Shown here piece after piece: positions 24,563 through 34,263 of a stretch of 64,000 bases of DNA. The position numbers and the translations under genes are program-made. Under the pieces are notes generated by a model, which was not told the origin of the DNA, did not search any database, and worked only from the letters and a program-made list of their open reading frames with translations. Where the stretch lies: positions 325 through 64,324 of the forward strand of contig JAFZWA010000064.1 in the NCBI GenBank assembly GCA_017617525.1. The letters run 5' to 3'. The DNA comes from Clostridiales bacterium. GTDB taxonomy: Bacteria; Bacillota; Clostridia; Saccharofermentanales; Saccharofermentanaceae. Every line of letters begins with the position of its first letter. The stretch's first letter is position 1.

Positions 24563-27085
24563 ATGGGAGTAATATTTAAACACACACTGAAGAATATGTT
24601 TTCCAAGCCGTTTCGAACGATCATGCTGGTACTTTGCATCCTGATCTGTTCCTTCGCCGGCATGATGACATTCGATATGAGCAACTCGGTAAGAAACGTT
24701 CTGGAATCCGCATTCCTTTCCATGTTCGGTGACAGCAACGTGATCGTATCCGCAAATAACGGTCTGACAAACTCTGATTTCGAAGGCCTTCCGGCTCATG
24801 ACAAGACAATGTTTACCGGAAACAGAACGACATTCAATGTTCCGGGAAACGAAGAATATGCTTACTTCAACGAAAAGAGCATCCTGATCTATTCCGCGGA
24901 TATCGCTGCTATTAACGAGATGAATCTCGTCGCGGCGGATGTCGATCTCGCAGAAGATGAGGTCGCGATCCCGAAAACTCTCGCGGAAGAACTTGATCTT
25001 TCGACAGGGGACACGATCGAGTTTTTCGACGAAGAAGAAAAGGCGCACGCGTTCACGGTAAAGTCCATCCTTACTTATAAAGGCATGCTTTCCGAAAAGT
25101 ATAACGCAGTCATGCCGCTGGAAGGATTTACCGAACTCTTTGGAGAAGACTTTAAATTCGTAGGCGCGTATGTTCGTGTACACGACAGAGGCGATGTCGG
25201 AAAATTCTGCACAGCTATGGAAGAAAACACACAGGGAATCGAGACAGAAGACCTCATCAACGGTGAGATGGTCCAGCAGAACGTAAACTCCGTCACAAGC
25301 ATCTTCGCGATCCTTTTCCTCATCTGCCTGATGCTCGTTATCTTCGTAACGATCTCGCTTTCCGAGAGAATCATGGTCGAGCGAATGGGAACGGTCGGTA
25401 CCCTTCGAAGCCTTGGCGTTTCACCGAATGCCACCGCACTGATCGTTCTTTTTGAAAACGCGCTTTACGGCCTGATCGGCGGTGTTTTGGGTTCGACACT
25501 TTATGTTCTTACCAGAGACCCGATCTTCAATAACGTTTTTTCACTTAACTCCGGATCGGATATCGAACTGGAAATGAATCTCGGAAATGTTTCCGTCATC
25601 GCCTGGATCGGAGTCATCATCGGCGCAGTCGTTATCGAGTGCCTCTGCCCGATCAAGGAACTTCTTAAGGCAACAAGAACGTCGATCCGCGACCTGATCT
25701 TTGACAACAAGGATACTGACTACAAATACACAAAGAAGACGCTCGCAGCTTCGATCCTGTTCGCGGTACTCGGAATCGCAGGACTCGTAATGGTCCTGAC
25801 AAAGACAATGGAAGGACTTGCCGTTGTATTTCTTACCATTGTGCTTCTTGTCGCGGCGCTGTTCCTCGGATATCCCTTTATCCTCAGAAGGATCAGTAAG
25901 ATGCTCGAAAAGCACTTCGTAAAGAAAGACTGCCCGGTAGCTGCTTTTGCCTGCGTACAGGCAAGAACAAAGAAGGCTTCGGTAGGTATCTCCAGACTCT
26001 TTGTTATGGCAGTTGCCATGGGACTTGTACTCTTTGTACTATCCACTTCGTACGTGAACTTCTGCGACCGTCCGGAAGCAGACGCGGATGTCGTAGTCAC
26101 AGGCCTTTCCGAAGAAGGAAAAGCATTCGAATACTTTAATGACATTGAAGGTGTCACGGAAGTTGAATTCATGAATTATAACTGGGGCACCAAGTTCATC
26201 ATCGGTGACGATGACATTAAGGCGGCTGAAACCGCGAACAGCAAGGAAATGAGAGATCTTTATCACACAGCGATCCTGTTCGGTACAGAAGGCGACTTCA
26301 AGCTTTTCAACGCGATCAAGGGCCTTCCGGAGACGATCGGTGACGATGAGATCTACATGGATAAGGCCATCGCCAAAAAGCTCGGATATACAGTCGGCGA
26401 CGAGATCCCGATGATCATGGGCGCGAACGGAGAAAAAGCTCTGAACAAAACAATGAAGCTCGCAGGATACTGTGATTCGATCAAATTCGCCGCAGGTGCC
26501 GCTGTATATGTTGTCAGCCTGGATAACTATAACGCAATCTTTGAAGATCATCCGACTAGCGCATATCTCCGCTGCGAAGATCCGAAGGGTGTTGTCGATA
26601 CGATCAAGGAACGCTCCGGCTGCATGATCAACTCCGTTCTGACGATGGATGATTATATGGAAGAAGTGAAAGCCCAAAACGCCGGAATGTCCACACTCCT
26701 TTATATGCTGATCGGCATGGGCGTGATCCTGACATTCGTCGCCGTCGTCAGCAACCAGACCATCGGCTTCTCCGGAAGAAGAAGAGAATGTGCGGTCTTA
26801 GTTTCCACCGCGATGAGCAGAGGAAAGCTGAAGAAGGCATTCTTCACAGAGAGCCTGATCTCAAGTATCGTCGCACTGGTAGTTGCGATCCCGTTCGCGG
26901 CAGTTGTCGCAGGTCTTTTCCAGAAGGCACTTGAGATGATCGAGATGAACTTCGGTCTTTCGATCGATCTCCTCCCGACAATGGCCTTTATCTTCGGACT
27001 CTTCCTTCTGTTCGTATCGACAGTCCTGATGCCGATCAAGCACATCCGAAAGATGAAGATCGCCGAGCAGCTGAAATACGAATAA
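24563..27085 (+). CDS. ABC transporter permease, double FtsX-domain (MacB-like)
   Basis: 840 aa, with two copies of 4-TM FtsX-type modules separated by large extracytoplasmic domains. AGGTGA RBS. Confidence 0.8.
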   Translation: MGVIFKHTLKNMFSKPFRTIMLVLCILICSFAGMMTFDMSNSVRNVLESAFLSMFGDSNVIVSANNGLTNSDFEGLPAHDKTMFTGNRTTFNVPGNEEYAYFNEKSILIYSADIAAINEMNLVAADVDLAEDEVAIPKTLAEELDLSTGDTIEFFDEEEKAHAFTVKSILTYKGMLSEKYNAVMPLEGFTELFGEDFKFVGAYVRVHDRGDVGKFCTAMEENTQGIETEDLINGEMVQQNVNSVTSIFAILFLICLMLVIFVTISLSERIMVERMGTVGTLRSLGVSPNATALIVLFENALYGLIGGVLGSTLYVLTRDPIFNNVFSLNSGSDIELEMNLGNVSVIAWIGVIIGAVVIECLCPIKELLKATRTSIRDLIFDNKDTDYKYTKKTLAASILFAVLGIAGLVMVLTKTMEGLAVVFLTIVLLVAALFLGYPFILRRISKMLEKHFVKKDCPVAAFACVQARTKKASVGISRLFVMAVAMGLVLFVLSTSYVNFCDRPEADADVVVTGLSEEGKAFEYFNDIEGVTEVEFMNYNWGTKFIIGDDDIKAAETANSKEMRDLYHTAILFGTEGDFKLFNAIKGLPETIGDDEIYMDKAIAKKLGYTVGDEIPMIMGANGEKALNKTMKLAGYCDSIKFAAGAAVYVVSLDNYNAIFEDHPTSAYLRCEDPKGVVDTIKERSGCMINSVLTMDDYMEEVKAQNAGMSTLLYMLIGMGVILTFVAVVSNQTIGFSGRRRECAVLVSTAMSRGKLKKAFFTESLISSIVALVVAIPFAAVVAGLFQKALEMIEMNFGLSIDLLPTMAFIFGLFLLFVSTVLMPIKHIRKMKIAEQLKYE

Positions 27086-27094
27086 GCTCCTGCG

Positions 27095-27105
27095 CGAAAA
27101 GCACT
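27095..27105 (-). repeat. Dispersed word RGTGCTTTTCG, intergenic copy (antisense to the operon)
   Basis: Plus strand reads CGAAAAGCACT, 10 nt after the permease TAA stop. Confidence 0.9.
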
Positions 27106-27178
27106 TTCATAAGACACAAATCATACAACTTAGAAAACACATGAAGACGGCATCGACCGGAAAGAAAAGAGGTACAAA

Positions 27179-27958
27179 ATGAACACAGCATATGACAACA
27201 ACGAGATCATGATCAAGGTAGACAACGTAAGAAAGACATTCGGTAAAAAGGGCGGCGTCATCACACAGGTCTTAGACGGCGCGGAGCTCGAAGTCAGAAG
27301 AGGCGAGTTCGTCTCCCTGATGGGCGCCAGCGGATCCGGTAAATCCACACTGCTTTACCTGATCGGCGGTCTCGACAGAGACTTTAAGGGCGATATCGAG
27401 ATCTGCGGCACAAATATCCGCAAGATGAAAGAAAAGAAGCTCAGCAAGACCCGCCTCGGCAAGATCGGATTCATCTTCCAGTTTTATAACCTGGTACAGA
27501 ATCTGAATGTGGAGGACAACATCCTCCTGCCGTCACTGGTTGCCGGAAAGTCCCGTGCTTCCTTGCAGAAAGATCTTGACGAGATCCTTGAGATCACAGG
27601 TCTCACGGCAAAGAGAAAGCAGATGCCGAGCAAGCTCAGCGGCGGTCAGCAGCAGCGTGTAGCGATCGCGAGAGCGATCATCAGCAACCCGGAGATCATC
27701 CTGGCCGATGAGGCGACAGGTAACCTCGACAGTAAGTCCGGCGCCGAGATCATGGATCTTTTCCGCCGAATCAATCAGGAGAAGGGGATCACGATCCTTC
27801 AGGTCACCCACTCCCAGAAGTGCGCACAGTACGGTACGAGAACCGTCATCCTTGAAAACGGAAAGACGATCGACTCTGATTCGATTATCGTAAGTTCTGA
27901 AAAAGAAGCTTCCCGCGCTCCGATGCAGTACAGTTTCGCGACGCAGCGCGGTTACTGA
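27179..27958 (+). CDS. ABC transporter ATP-binding protein (MacB/LolD-type)
   Basis: Walker A GASGSGKST, signature [14 protein letters not shown], Walker B ILADE. Confidence 0.92.
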   Translation: MNTAYDNNEIMIKVDNVRKTFGKKGGVITQVLDGAELEVRRGEFVSLMGASGSGKSTLLYLIGGLDRDFKGDIEICGTNIRKMKEKKLSKTRLGKIGFIFQFYNLVQNLNVEDNILLPSLVAGKSRASLQKDLDEILEITGLTAKRKQMPSKLSGGQQQRVAIARAIISNPEIILADEATGNLDSKSGAEIMDLFRRINQEKGITILQVTHSQKCAQYGTRTVILENGKTIDSDSIIVSSEKEASRAPMQYSFATQRGY

Positions 27959-28129
27959 GAAGCGGCGTGTCCGCAGCGGCTTACCCCTCTGACCTTCATA
28001 ATATAACCCTCGAATAAAAAAGCCGCTGCGCTCTATCCGCATCGCGCCGGATCTTCCGGCCGATACAACCGTTCCTTTGCAGCCGCCCCTCCTAAATACT
28101 GACGGTGCAAGTAACGATATAAAGAAACA

Positions 28130-28178
28130 TCCCCTTGTAATGTGTTTTCACCTGACACAAAGCAAGGGGAAGTTTTTA
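28130..28178 (+). terminator. Terminator-like hairpin after the ABC ATPase gene
   Basis: TCCCCTTG (28130-28137) / CAAGGGGA (28163-28170), followed by AGTTTTT. Confidence 0.6.
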
Positions 28179-28217
28179 TTCCTGTAATTGATCCGAACTT
28201 GGAATCGGAACTACTGA

Positions 28218-29612
28218 TCACGTGGTTTCTGTTTTGAGCTTTCTTCTGACGTGGCAGTAATAGCCGAAGAGTACAACGAATGTAAGTGCCCAGGAGATCG
28301 GGTAGGACACAAGAAGGATCTTAAAGGCGCTGACCGGAGCGTAGTTCGCTTTGAAGTGGTCAAAGACGGTATAGACCCACAAAAGACGAAGTCCGCAACT
28401 TCCGACAACGGTCGCAACCATCGGGAAGACGGATCTTTTGATACCACGGAGCATGCCCGAGCCGCAGTCCATAAGACCGCAGAGAAAATCGGGAACGACA
28501 ACGACCAGCATACGCGCAAGTCCGAATTCGATATCCGCCGGTGAATCCGGAAGATAAAGTCGAAGCAGCGGTTCTCCGAAAAGATAGGAAAGCGCGCCGA
28601 GCGAAAGTCCGATAAAAGCGATCGAAAGAAGCGCGGATCGATAGATCGCGTTAAGACGGTCATATCTTTTCGCGCCGTAGTTTTGTCCCGCGAAGGTCAT
28701 GCATCCCTGGGTAAAAGAATTCATGCCGGCATAGATGAAAGAGTCGATGTTCATGCAGGCGCTGTTACCGGCCATACAAGAGGTTCCGAGCGAGTTGACC
28801 GAGGACTGGATGATGACGTTTGAAAACGAAAACAGTGTGTTTTGTAAGCCGACGGGAAGACCGAGCTTTAAGATCTTCTTTAGTGGCTTTTTGTGGATCT
28901 TCAGTTCAAACGGGAAGATGCGGCATTCTCCGTCCAGATGGAACAGAGCAAGACTCATAAGCACCGCGGAAAGCACCTGGGAAGCAACTGTCGCGATCGC
29001 GACACCGGCAACGCCTAAACCGAAGACGGCAACCAGAAGGAGGTTAAGAAGGACATTCAGGATTCCGGAAAGGGTCAGATAGATGAGCGGGCGGCGCGTA
29101 TCACCGTTAGCGACGACGATCGCGCGTCCGAAGGTATAGATCATGAAAGCGGGGCTTCCGATGAAATAGATGCGAAGGTAAAGTGTGGCCTGATCGATGG
29201 AATCGGAGGTAGTGCCCATCCATTCGAGGAAGGTCCTTGCGAAGATGCATCCCACAAGACAGGTGATGATGCCGAAGATGATGCCCAGAGAAAAGATCGT
29301 ATGCGTCAGATCGTGGATGCGGTCTTTCTGTTTCGCGCCGAGGACAGAAGCCAGAACAACGGTAGCTCCTAACGAGATACCGATGAACAGGTTGATCATG
29401 AGATTGATGAGCGCCGCGCAGGAACCTACGGCGGCAACGGCGGTATTACCGACAAACTGTCCGACCACAACGATATCTGCCGCGTTAAAAAGCAGCTGAA
29501 GGACCTGCGTCAGTACGATCGGCAGGCTGTAGCAGATCAAGGGGATGAGAACGCCCCCGTTGATCATATCCACGTTGTGACTTTTCGACATTTTTCCAAC
29601 CATAGCAGGCAT
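28218..29612 (-). CDS. MATE-family efflux transporter
   Basis: 464 aa, 12-TM pattern. The start is ambiguous among ATG 29612, 29603 and 29591, and none has a strong SD. Confidence 0.8.
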   Translation of the reverse strand: MPAMVGKMSKSHNVDMINGGVLIPLICYSLPIVLTQVLQLLFNAADIVVVGQFVGNTAVAAVGSCAALINLMINLFIGISLGATVVLASVLGAKQKDRIHDLTHTIFSLGIIFGIITCLVGCIFARTFLEWMGTTSDSIDQATLYLRIYFIGSPAFMIYTFGRAIVVANGDTRRPLIYLTLSGILNVLLNLLLVAVFGLGVAGVAIATVASQVLSAVLMSLALFHLDGECRIFPFELKIHKKPLKKILKLGLPVGLQNTLFSFSNVIIQSSVNSLGTSCMAGNSACMNIDSFIYAGMNSFTQGCMTFAGQNYGAKRYDRLNAIYRSALLSIAFIGLSLGALSYLFGEPLLRLYLPDSPADIEFGLARMLVVVVPDFLCGLMDCGSGMLRGIKRSVFPMVATVVGSCGLRLLWVYTVFDHFKANYAPVSAFKILLVSYPISWALTFVVLFGYYCHVRRKLKTETT

Positions 29613-29722
29613 TGTATCACGAAGTGACGTGAAAAGAATTATACCTGTGGTTGTGCATTATCGAGAATTAGAGCAGGGGAGATCGACTGATACTTAGTGC
29701 GATAGGGCAATCGAGTGATCCG

Positions 29723-30430
29723 TCAGTGCATGATGATCTGCTTGGAACCGCAGTACGGGCAGTAGGTCTCGGTACGGCTTCCGTTGATCTCGAGATCTGC
29801 GCCGCATCCGGTGCACTTTAAGTTGATGACACGTGCTTTTCCCGCAAACTGTTCATTCATGTTGCTTCCGGGGAAACCTTGCTTGCCGTAAAGATAATTC
29901 TGGAAAACGGCCATGGCCTTTCTTTCGTTTTCGGTAACGCCGTCGGTCAGTTCCGCGACGCGCTGCATGTCGGCCTGAAGGGTTGAAAGCGTGTTGACAT
30001 CAAGCTTATCGAGATACTTCTCGACGTTCATGAAGTTTGTCGAACGGTCGGAAGTGATCTTCTGAAGCTCTGTTCGGAAAGAAGCAGAAGCATTCGGGTT
30101 ATTCATCAGGCTCGAACACATATAATCCAGGTCCATCTGCTCTTCGGGAGAGATGACGCCGTCGGCTTTAGCGATGTAGTAGCAGAGCGCGATACGGGCA
30201 AGAGCGACATTCGCGATCGTTGTGCCCTGAGAGCCGTAACCTGTATTGTTCGGGATATTCTGAGAAGGCATATAGTTTCCTGCCGGGATGGCCTGTCGGT
30301 TCGTCGCGCTGCTCACAAGCTCGGAAACGAGCACCGCGCCCGCTCCGAAAGCGGCGGCACGGCCGAGACCGCCGAGCATACTGCCCGCGAGGTCATTTGT
30401 GACTGAACGAAGTAAAAACTTTCCCAACAT
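29723..30430 (-). CDS. TerB-like domain protein with C-terminal zinc ribbon
   Basis: ALCYYIAKADGVISPEEQMDLDYM (TerB/DjlA-N-like) and C-terminal CTGCG...CPYCG. Confidence 0.6.
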   Translation of the reverse strand: MLGKFLLRSVTNDLAGSMLGGLGRAAAFGAGAVLVSELVSSATNRQAIPAGNYMPSQNIPNNTGYGSQGTTIANVALARIALCYYIAKADGVISPEEQMDLDYMCSSLMNNPNASASFRTELQKITSDRSTNFMNVEKYLDKLDVNTLSTLQADMQRVAELTDGVTENERKAMAVFQNYLYGKQGFPGSNMNEQFAGKARVINLKCTGCGADLEINGSRTETYCPYCGSKQIIMH

Positions 30431-30473
30431 GGTGGTGTCCTCCGATAGATGTTCTTCTTATGTCGGAAAGAAA

Positions 30474-30484
30474 AGTGCTTTTCC
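30474..30484 (+). repeat. Dispersed word, long-form copy in the TerB-like gene leader
   Basis: AGTGCTTTTCC, within GTCGGAAAGAAAAGTGCTTTTCCCGACGATTTAAT. Confidence 0.9.
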
Positions 30485-30494
30485 CGACGATTTA

Positions 30495-30503
30495 ATTATA
30501 TCA
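30495..30503 (-). promoter_or_regulatory. Extended -10 promoter element upstream of the TerB-like gene
   Basis: Minus-strand TGATATAAT, located 65 nt upstream of ATG 30430. Confidence 0.6.
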
Positions 30504-30666
30504 ATGAAGCGCATCTTGAAGAAGTGAGTAATGTCACATATTCACATGCTTATTCTATTTTTGGGGGCGAATTAGTGATTTGATATTCTTCTTGTGTTAG
30601 TATAGAAATGCTGAAAGATTATGTGTCGTGAATTCTTTCGGTATTTGAGGCAAAGGTTGGAAGAAT

Positions 30667-31995
30667 ATGACAGAGCCGAAGAAAAAACTCAGGTTCTCTT
30701 TTAAGGCAGGAATATGCCTTCTTCTGATCTGTGCGGTCATCTTTATTCCATGGGCATATACGCAAAGAAAAAAAGCCTATACGAAAGCTGACGAGTGTCT
30801 GGTTCGCAGAAAAGATAAGATCAAGAGCTACAGTGCAGCGCAGCAGGAAGAGATCGAAAGAGCTTATGAAGATATGCGATGGACAGCTCTTGAGGATTAT
30901 GCTTTTCAACAGCATCTGGATGGCGTCGAAGGATATACGATCGATTCTTCCGGTGGCTACATACTTCATATAGAGAACCAGGAGGGTGGTTCAGAAGAAT
31001 ACACCATCAGAAGAGACGGCGATGCTTTCAGTGCGGTCGAAGACATAGAAGGTGGAGTCGACCAGACGCATTCGACGGAGCTCGACGAACCTGAGGCATA
31101 TTACGACGATGATGGTGTGCTCAGGTATTTTGACGGTGAGGAAGTGCCTTCTTTTCTCTATTTGGATGATGAAGGTCACTTGATGCTTGATGAAGCATAT
31201 ATCCTCAGCCTTGCCGATGATCCGTCCGACGACATTTATTTCTACGATTATACATATGTAGATGAAGATGGCGATTCCTGCCAGGTCGTCGACCTGGATC
31301 CGCAAGGGTATAGATTTCAGGAAACAATGGTATATGACGAGGCTTTAGATACGTTTCTCGTGAACCCACCGGAACCGGAAAATGAGATGAGCCGTGAAAA
31401 CGAGACTCTGATGAAGGCCGTAAATGAGATCGAACTGAAATCGGAGTCGATGGGCTCGAGCCATGGCTACAGATATGCGGTCTTCTTTGTACAGGGCCTT
31501 GCATATGTTGAGTATCCGAATGCGCAGACCGATGAAACTTATGTCAGGATCCTTGATATAACTGATACTGATCAGGCGATATCGGAAATAAAAAGCCCGG
31601 ACGGATCCATGAGTTATCGCATCCTTCATGTGGTCATCTTCGAGGATATGGCCCCGTATTTGAGGGCGTGGCGACTGGATATGTTAAAACACGGGGGCAT
31701 GCTCCTTCTTCTTTGTGCCATTGTCGTTCTGTCTTTATTCCTCTACGAGAAAAGAACCGAGGCGTATGAACGTCAGAAACAGTTGGCGGAAGAGCCCGTA
31801 GCAGAGACGGAAAATGAAATTGAAACCTCCTTGGAAGTTCCTTATGAAGAGTCGGTTTCCGCGGAAACGGCGAGAGTCCTGATCGCGCAGATCAGTCTCG
31901 CGGAACAGTCGATGGGACCGAATCCGTTCCTGGATAAACTGCGCGACGATATCAATGAACGTTCCAATAAGAAAGGCGAGGAGCAGAAGCAATGA
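30667..31995 (+). CDS. Hypothetical two-TM membrane protein (paralog A)
   Basis: N-terminal TM helix (ICLLLICAVIFIPWAY), acidic extracytoplasmic domain, second TM helix, and a cytoplasmic tail with AEQSMG. Confidence 0.6.
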   Translation: MTEPKKKLRFSFKAGICLLLICAVIFIPWAYTQRKKAYTKADECLVRRKDKIKSYSAAQQEEIERAYEDMRWTALEDYAFQQHLDGVEGYTIDSSGGYILHIENQEGGSEEYTIRRDGDAFSAVEDIEGGVDQTHSTELDEPEAYYDDDGVLRYFDGEEVPSFLYLDDEGHLMLDEAYILSLADDPSDDIYFYDYTYVDEDGDSCQVVDLDPQGYRFQETMVYDEALDTFLVNPPEPENEMSRENETLMKAVNEIELKSESMGSSHGYRYAVFFVQGLAYVEYPNAQTDETYVRILDITDTDQAISEIKSPDGSMSYRILHVVIFEDMAPYLRAWRLDMLKHGGMLLLLCAIVVLSLFLYEKRTEAYERQKQLAEEPVAETENEIETSLEVPYEESVSAETARVLIAQISLAEQSMGPNPFLDKLRDDINERSNKKGEEQKQ

Positions 31996-32936
31996 AGGGC
32001 AAGATGAGAAAGATCAGATTCTCAATACCGGCAGCGATTTGCATGCTGGTGCTTTTCGCGCTGATTTTTGCTCCATGGGCATACTTTTCCAGAAAAGCGA
32101 CGATCCGAAAAGTCGATGACAAATTGTCCAGAAGAAGAGAAAAAGCGACTGATTATATGTCGCACACTCAGTATAACGAGTACACGGAGTATTCGGAAAC
32201 GTCGAGCTCTCTTCTCTCATGGTCTGATCTTGATCGTGACCCGTACAGATATACCGATCCGGATGGAGATACATTCAGTATCAGGGAATTTGAGCCCGCG
32301 CTTCCCAGTTTTTTCCTGAGTTGCGAAAATGGTGTGATCCTTAGCTTATCATCGATGGAGTATGGGGCATTTGATGTTGTTACTCCGTACGACAATATGG
32401 ATAAACTGTATACTTCCATGTTTAAAGAGGTTCAAAATATTAGTCATGAGATCGATGATCTCGAACTCGGAGCTGACGAACGGATCATAGGTACTGTTGC
32501 CGGACACAGGTATCTGATCTCTAAAGCGCAGGTCAAGATGGTCTCGACTTATCCGCCTACATCCAAAAATCCGGATAAGACGGAAATAGTCACCTACGAG
32601 AATTATTACCTTGTCTTCTGCGAAGACATGGCTCCGTTTCTTGATGAGTGGAAGTTGAATGTGGAGAAAAACGCTCTCGCGCTTCTTATTACATTGCTGA
32701 CTTCCTTCGCGATCATCTTCATCCTTGAAGAAAGGGTCGGCGTGAAAGGGCTATACATAGAGCCGCAAGAAACAACGGATGTTGAAGAAACTGTAACTGA
32801 GACCGATGAAGGACGTGAATTCATGTCTTCCGAAGCGGCAAAAGCACTGCTGCAGGATCTTGAGCAGGCCGAACAGGTGATGGGCGATAACGGCTACACC
32901 AAGCAGATCCGTGATGAGATCTCCAAGTACCTCTGA
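31992..32936 (+). CDS. Hypothetical two-TM membrane protein (paralog B)
   Basis: Same architecture as paralog A (ICMLVLFALIFAPWAY ... FCEDMAPFLDEWKL ... AEQVMG). The ATGA overlaps the upstream stop. Confidence 0.6.
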   Translation: MKGKMRKIRFSIPAAICMLVLFALIFAPWAYFSRKATIRKVDDKLSRRREKATDYMSHTQYNEYTEYSETSSSLLSWSDLDRDPYRYTDPDGDTFSIREFEPALPSFFLSCENGVILSLSSMEYGAFDVVTPYDNMDKLYTSMFKEVQNISHEIDDLELGADERIIGTVAGHRYLISKAQVKMVSTYPPTSKNPDKTEIVTYENYYLVFCEDMAPFLDEWKLNVEKNALALLITLLTSFAIIFILEERVGVKGLYIEPQETTDVEETVTETDEGREFMSSEAAKALLQDLEQAEQVMGDNGYTKQIRDEISKYL

Positions 32937-33080
32937 TCTGGTTTTTGCTCCGGAAAAATATCCTTTCGAAAAAGACAAAATCGATACATTGTTCGTCAAT
33001 TATCTAAAAGAAATCAATTGGCGCGAATGGTAATATGAGATAGACAGAATTTTTGTGTCTTCGGACGGAAAGGTTGTTTT

Positions 33081-34256
33081 ATGGAAAATTTCGAGTTTTA
33101 TTCCCCGACTTGTTTTGTTTTCGGAAAAGATACTGAGAACCGCGCCGGCGAGCTTGTTAAGCGTTTCGGCGGCAGCAAGGTCCTCATCCATTACGGCGGC
33201 GGAAGTGTCGTCCGTTCCGGTCTTCTCGACCGGGTAAAAGCATCCCTCGATAAAGAGGCGATCTCTTATGTTGAACTCGGCGGAGTTAAGCCGAATCCGC
33301 GTTCCGGTCTTGTATACGAAGGTATCGATCTTTGCAAAAAGGAAGGCGTCGACTTTATCCTCGCAGTCGGCGGCGGAAGCACGATCGACTCTTCGAAAGC
33401 CATCGCGGCAGGTGTCGTCTATGACGGCGATTTCTGGGATTTTTACCAGGGCAAGCGTATCGAAAAAGCACTTCCGATCGGTACGATCCTGACGATCGCC
33501 GCTGCGGGAAGTGAAGGCAGCCCGGACTCCGTTATCACGAAAGAAGAGGGTATGTTCAAACGTGGTGCCAGCGGTGACGCGATCCGTCCGAAGTTCAGTA
33601 TCCTGAATCCGGCTCTGACACAGACACTGTCGCCGTTCCAGACTGCCTGCGGTATCACGGATATCATGGCGCACCTTTACGAGAGATATGTCACGAACAG
33701 TAAAGAGGTCGAGGTAACAGACCGCCTGATCGAAGGACTCCTTCTGACAATGATCCACGAAGGCCCTCGCGTCATTTCCGATCCTAATAACTACGAAGCA
33801 AGAGCAAACATCATGTGGGCCGGAATGGTCGCTCATAACCACACCTGCGGAGTCGGAAGATCTCAGGACTGGCTGTCACACATGATCGAGCATGAGCTTT
33901 CCGCGCTTTATGACTGCGCTCACGGCGCGGGTCTTGCGGTCGTAATGCCGGCTGTGCACACATATGAGATGCCGCATAACGTCATGCGATTCGCGCAGGC
34001 TGCGGTTCGCGTATGGGGCTGTCAGATGGATTTCGAGCATCCTGAGATCACGGCAAAAGCAGGTATCGACGCTTTCAAACACTTCCTGATCTCGATCGGC
34101 ATGCCGGAAGATCTCGAATCGCTTGGCGCGAACTCAGATGATATTCCGAAACTTGTTCATTCACTGCTTTACGGCGATGGTGGAAACGGCACGATCTCCG
34201 GTTTCATGACGCTGAACGAAGACGACTGCACAAAGATCTACAAGCTGATGGTATAA
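33081..34256 (+). CDS. Iron-containing alcohol dehydrogenase (butanol dehydrogenase/YqhD-like)
   Basis: FEFYSPTCFVFGKD...AVGGGSTIDSSKAIA...HxxxH region HMIEHELSALYDCAHGAG. Confidence 0.88.
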   Translation: MENFEFYSPTCFVFGKDTENRAGELVKRFGGSKVLIHYGGGSVVRSGLLDRVKASLDKEAISYVELGGVKPNPRSGLVYEGIDLCKKEGVDFILAVGGGSTIDSSKAIAAGVVYDGDFWDFYQGKRIEKALPIGTILTIAAAGSEGSPDSVITKEEGMFKRGASGDAIRPKFSILNPALTQTLSPFQTACGITDIMAHLYERYVTNSKEVEVTDRLIEGLLLTMIHEGPRVISDPNNYEARANIMWAGMVAHNHTCGVGRSQDWLSHMIEHELSALYDCAHGAGLAVVMPAVHTYEMPHNVMRFAQAAVRVWGCQMDFEHPEITAKAGIDAFKHFLISIGMPEDLESLGANSDDIPKLVHSLLYGDGGNGTISGFMTLNEDDCTKIYKLMV

Positions 34257-34263
34257 GGAGAAC

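Noticed and set aside
24383-25183. 266-aa minus-strand ORF spanning the DUF4097/permease spacer and the permease 5-prime end.
   Set aside because: It overlaps the well-supported FtsX permease gene and has no RBS or family signature.
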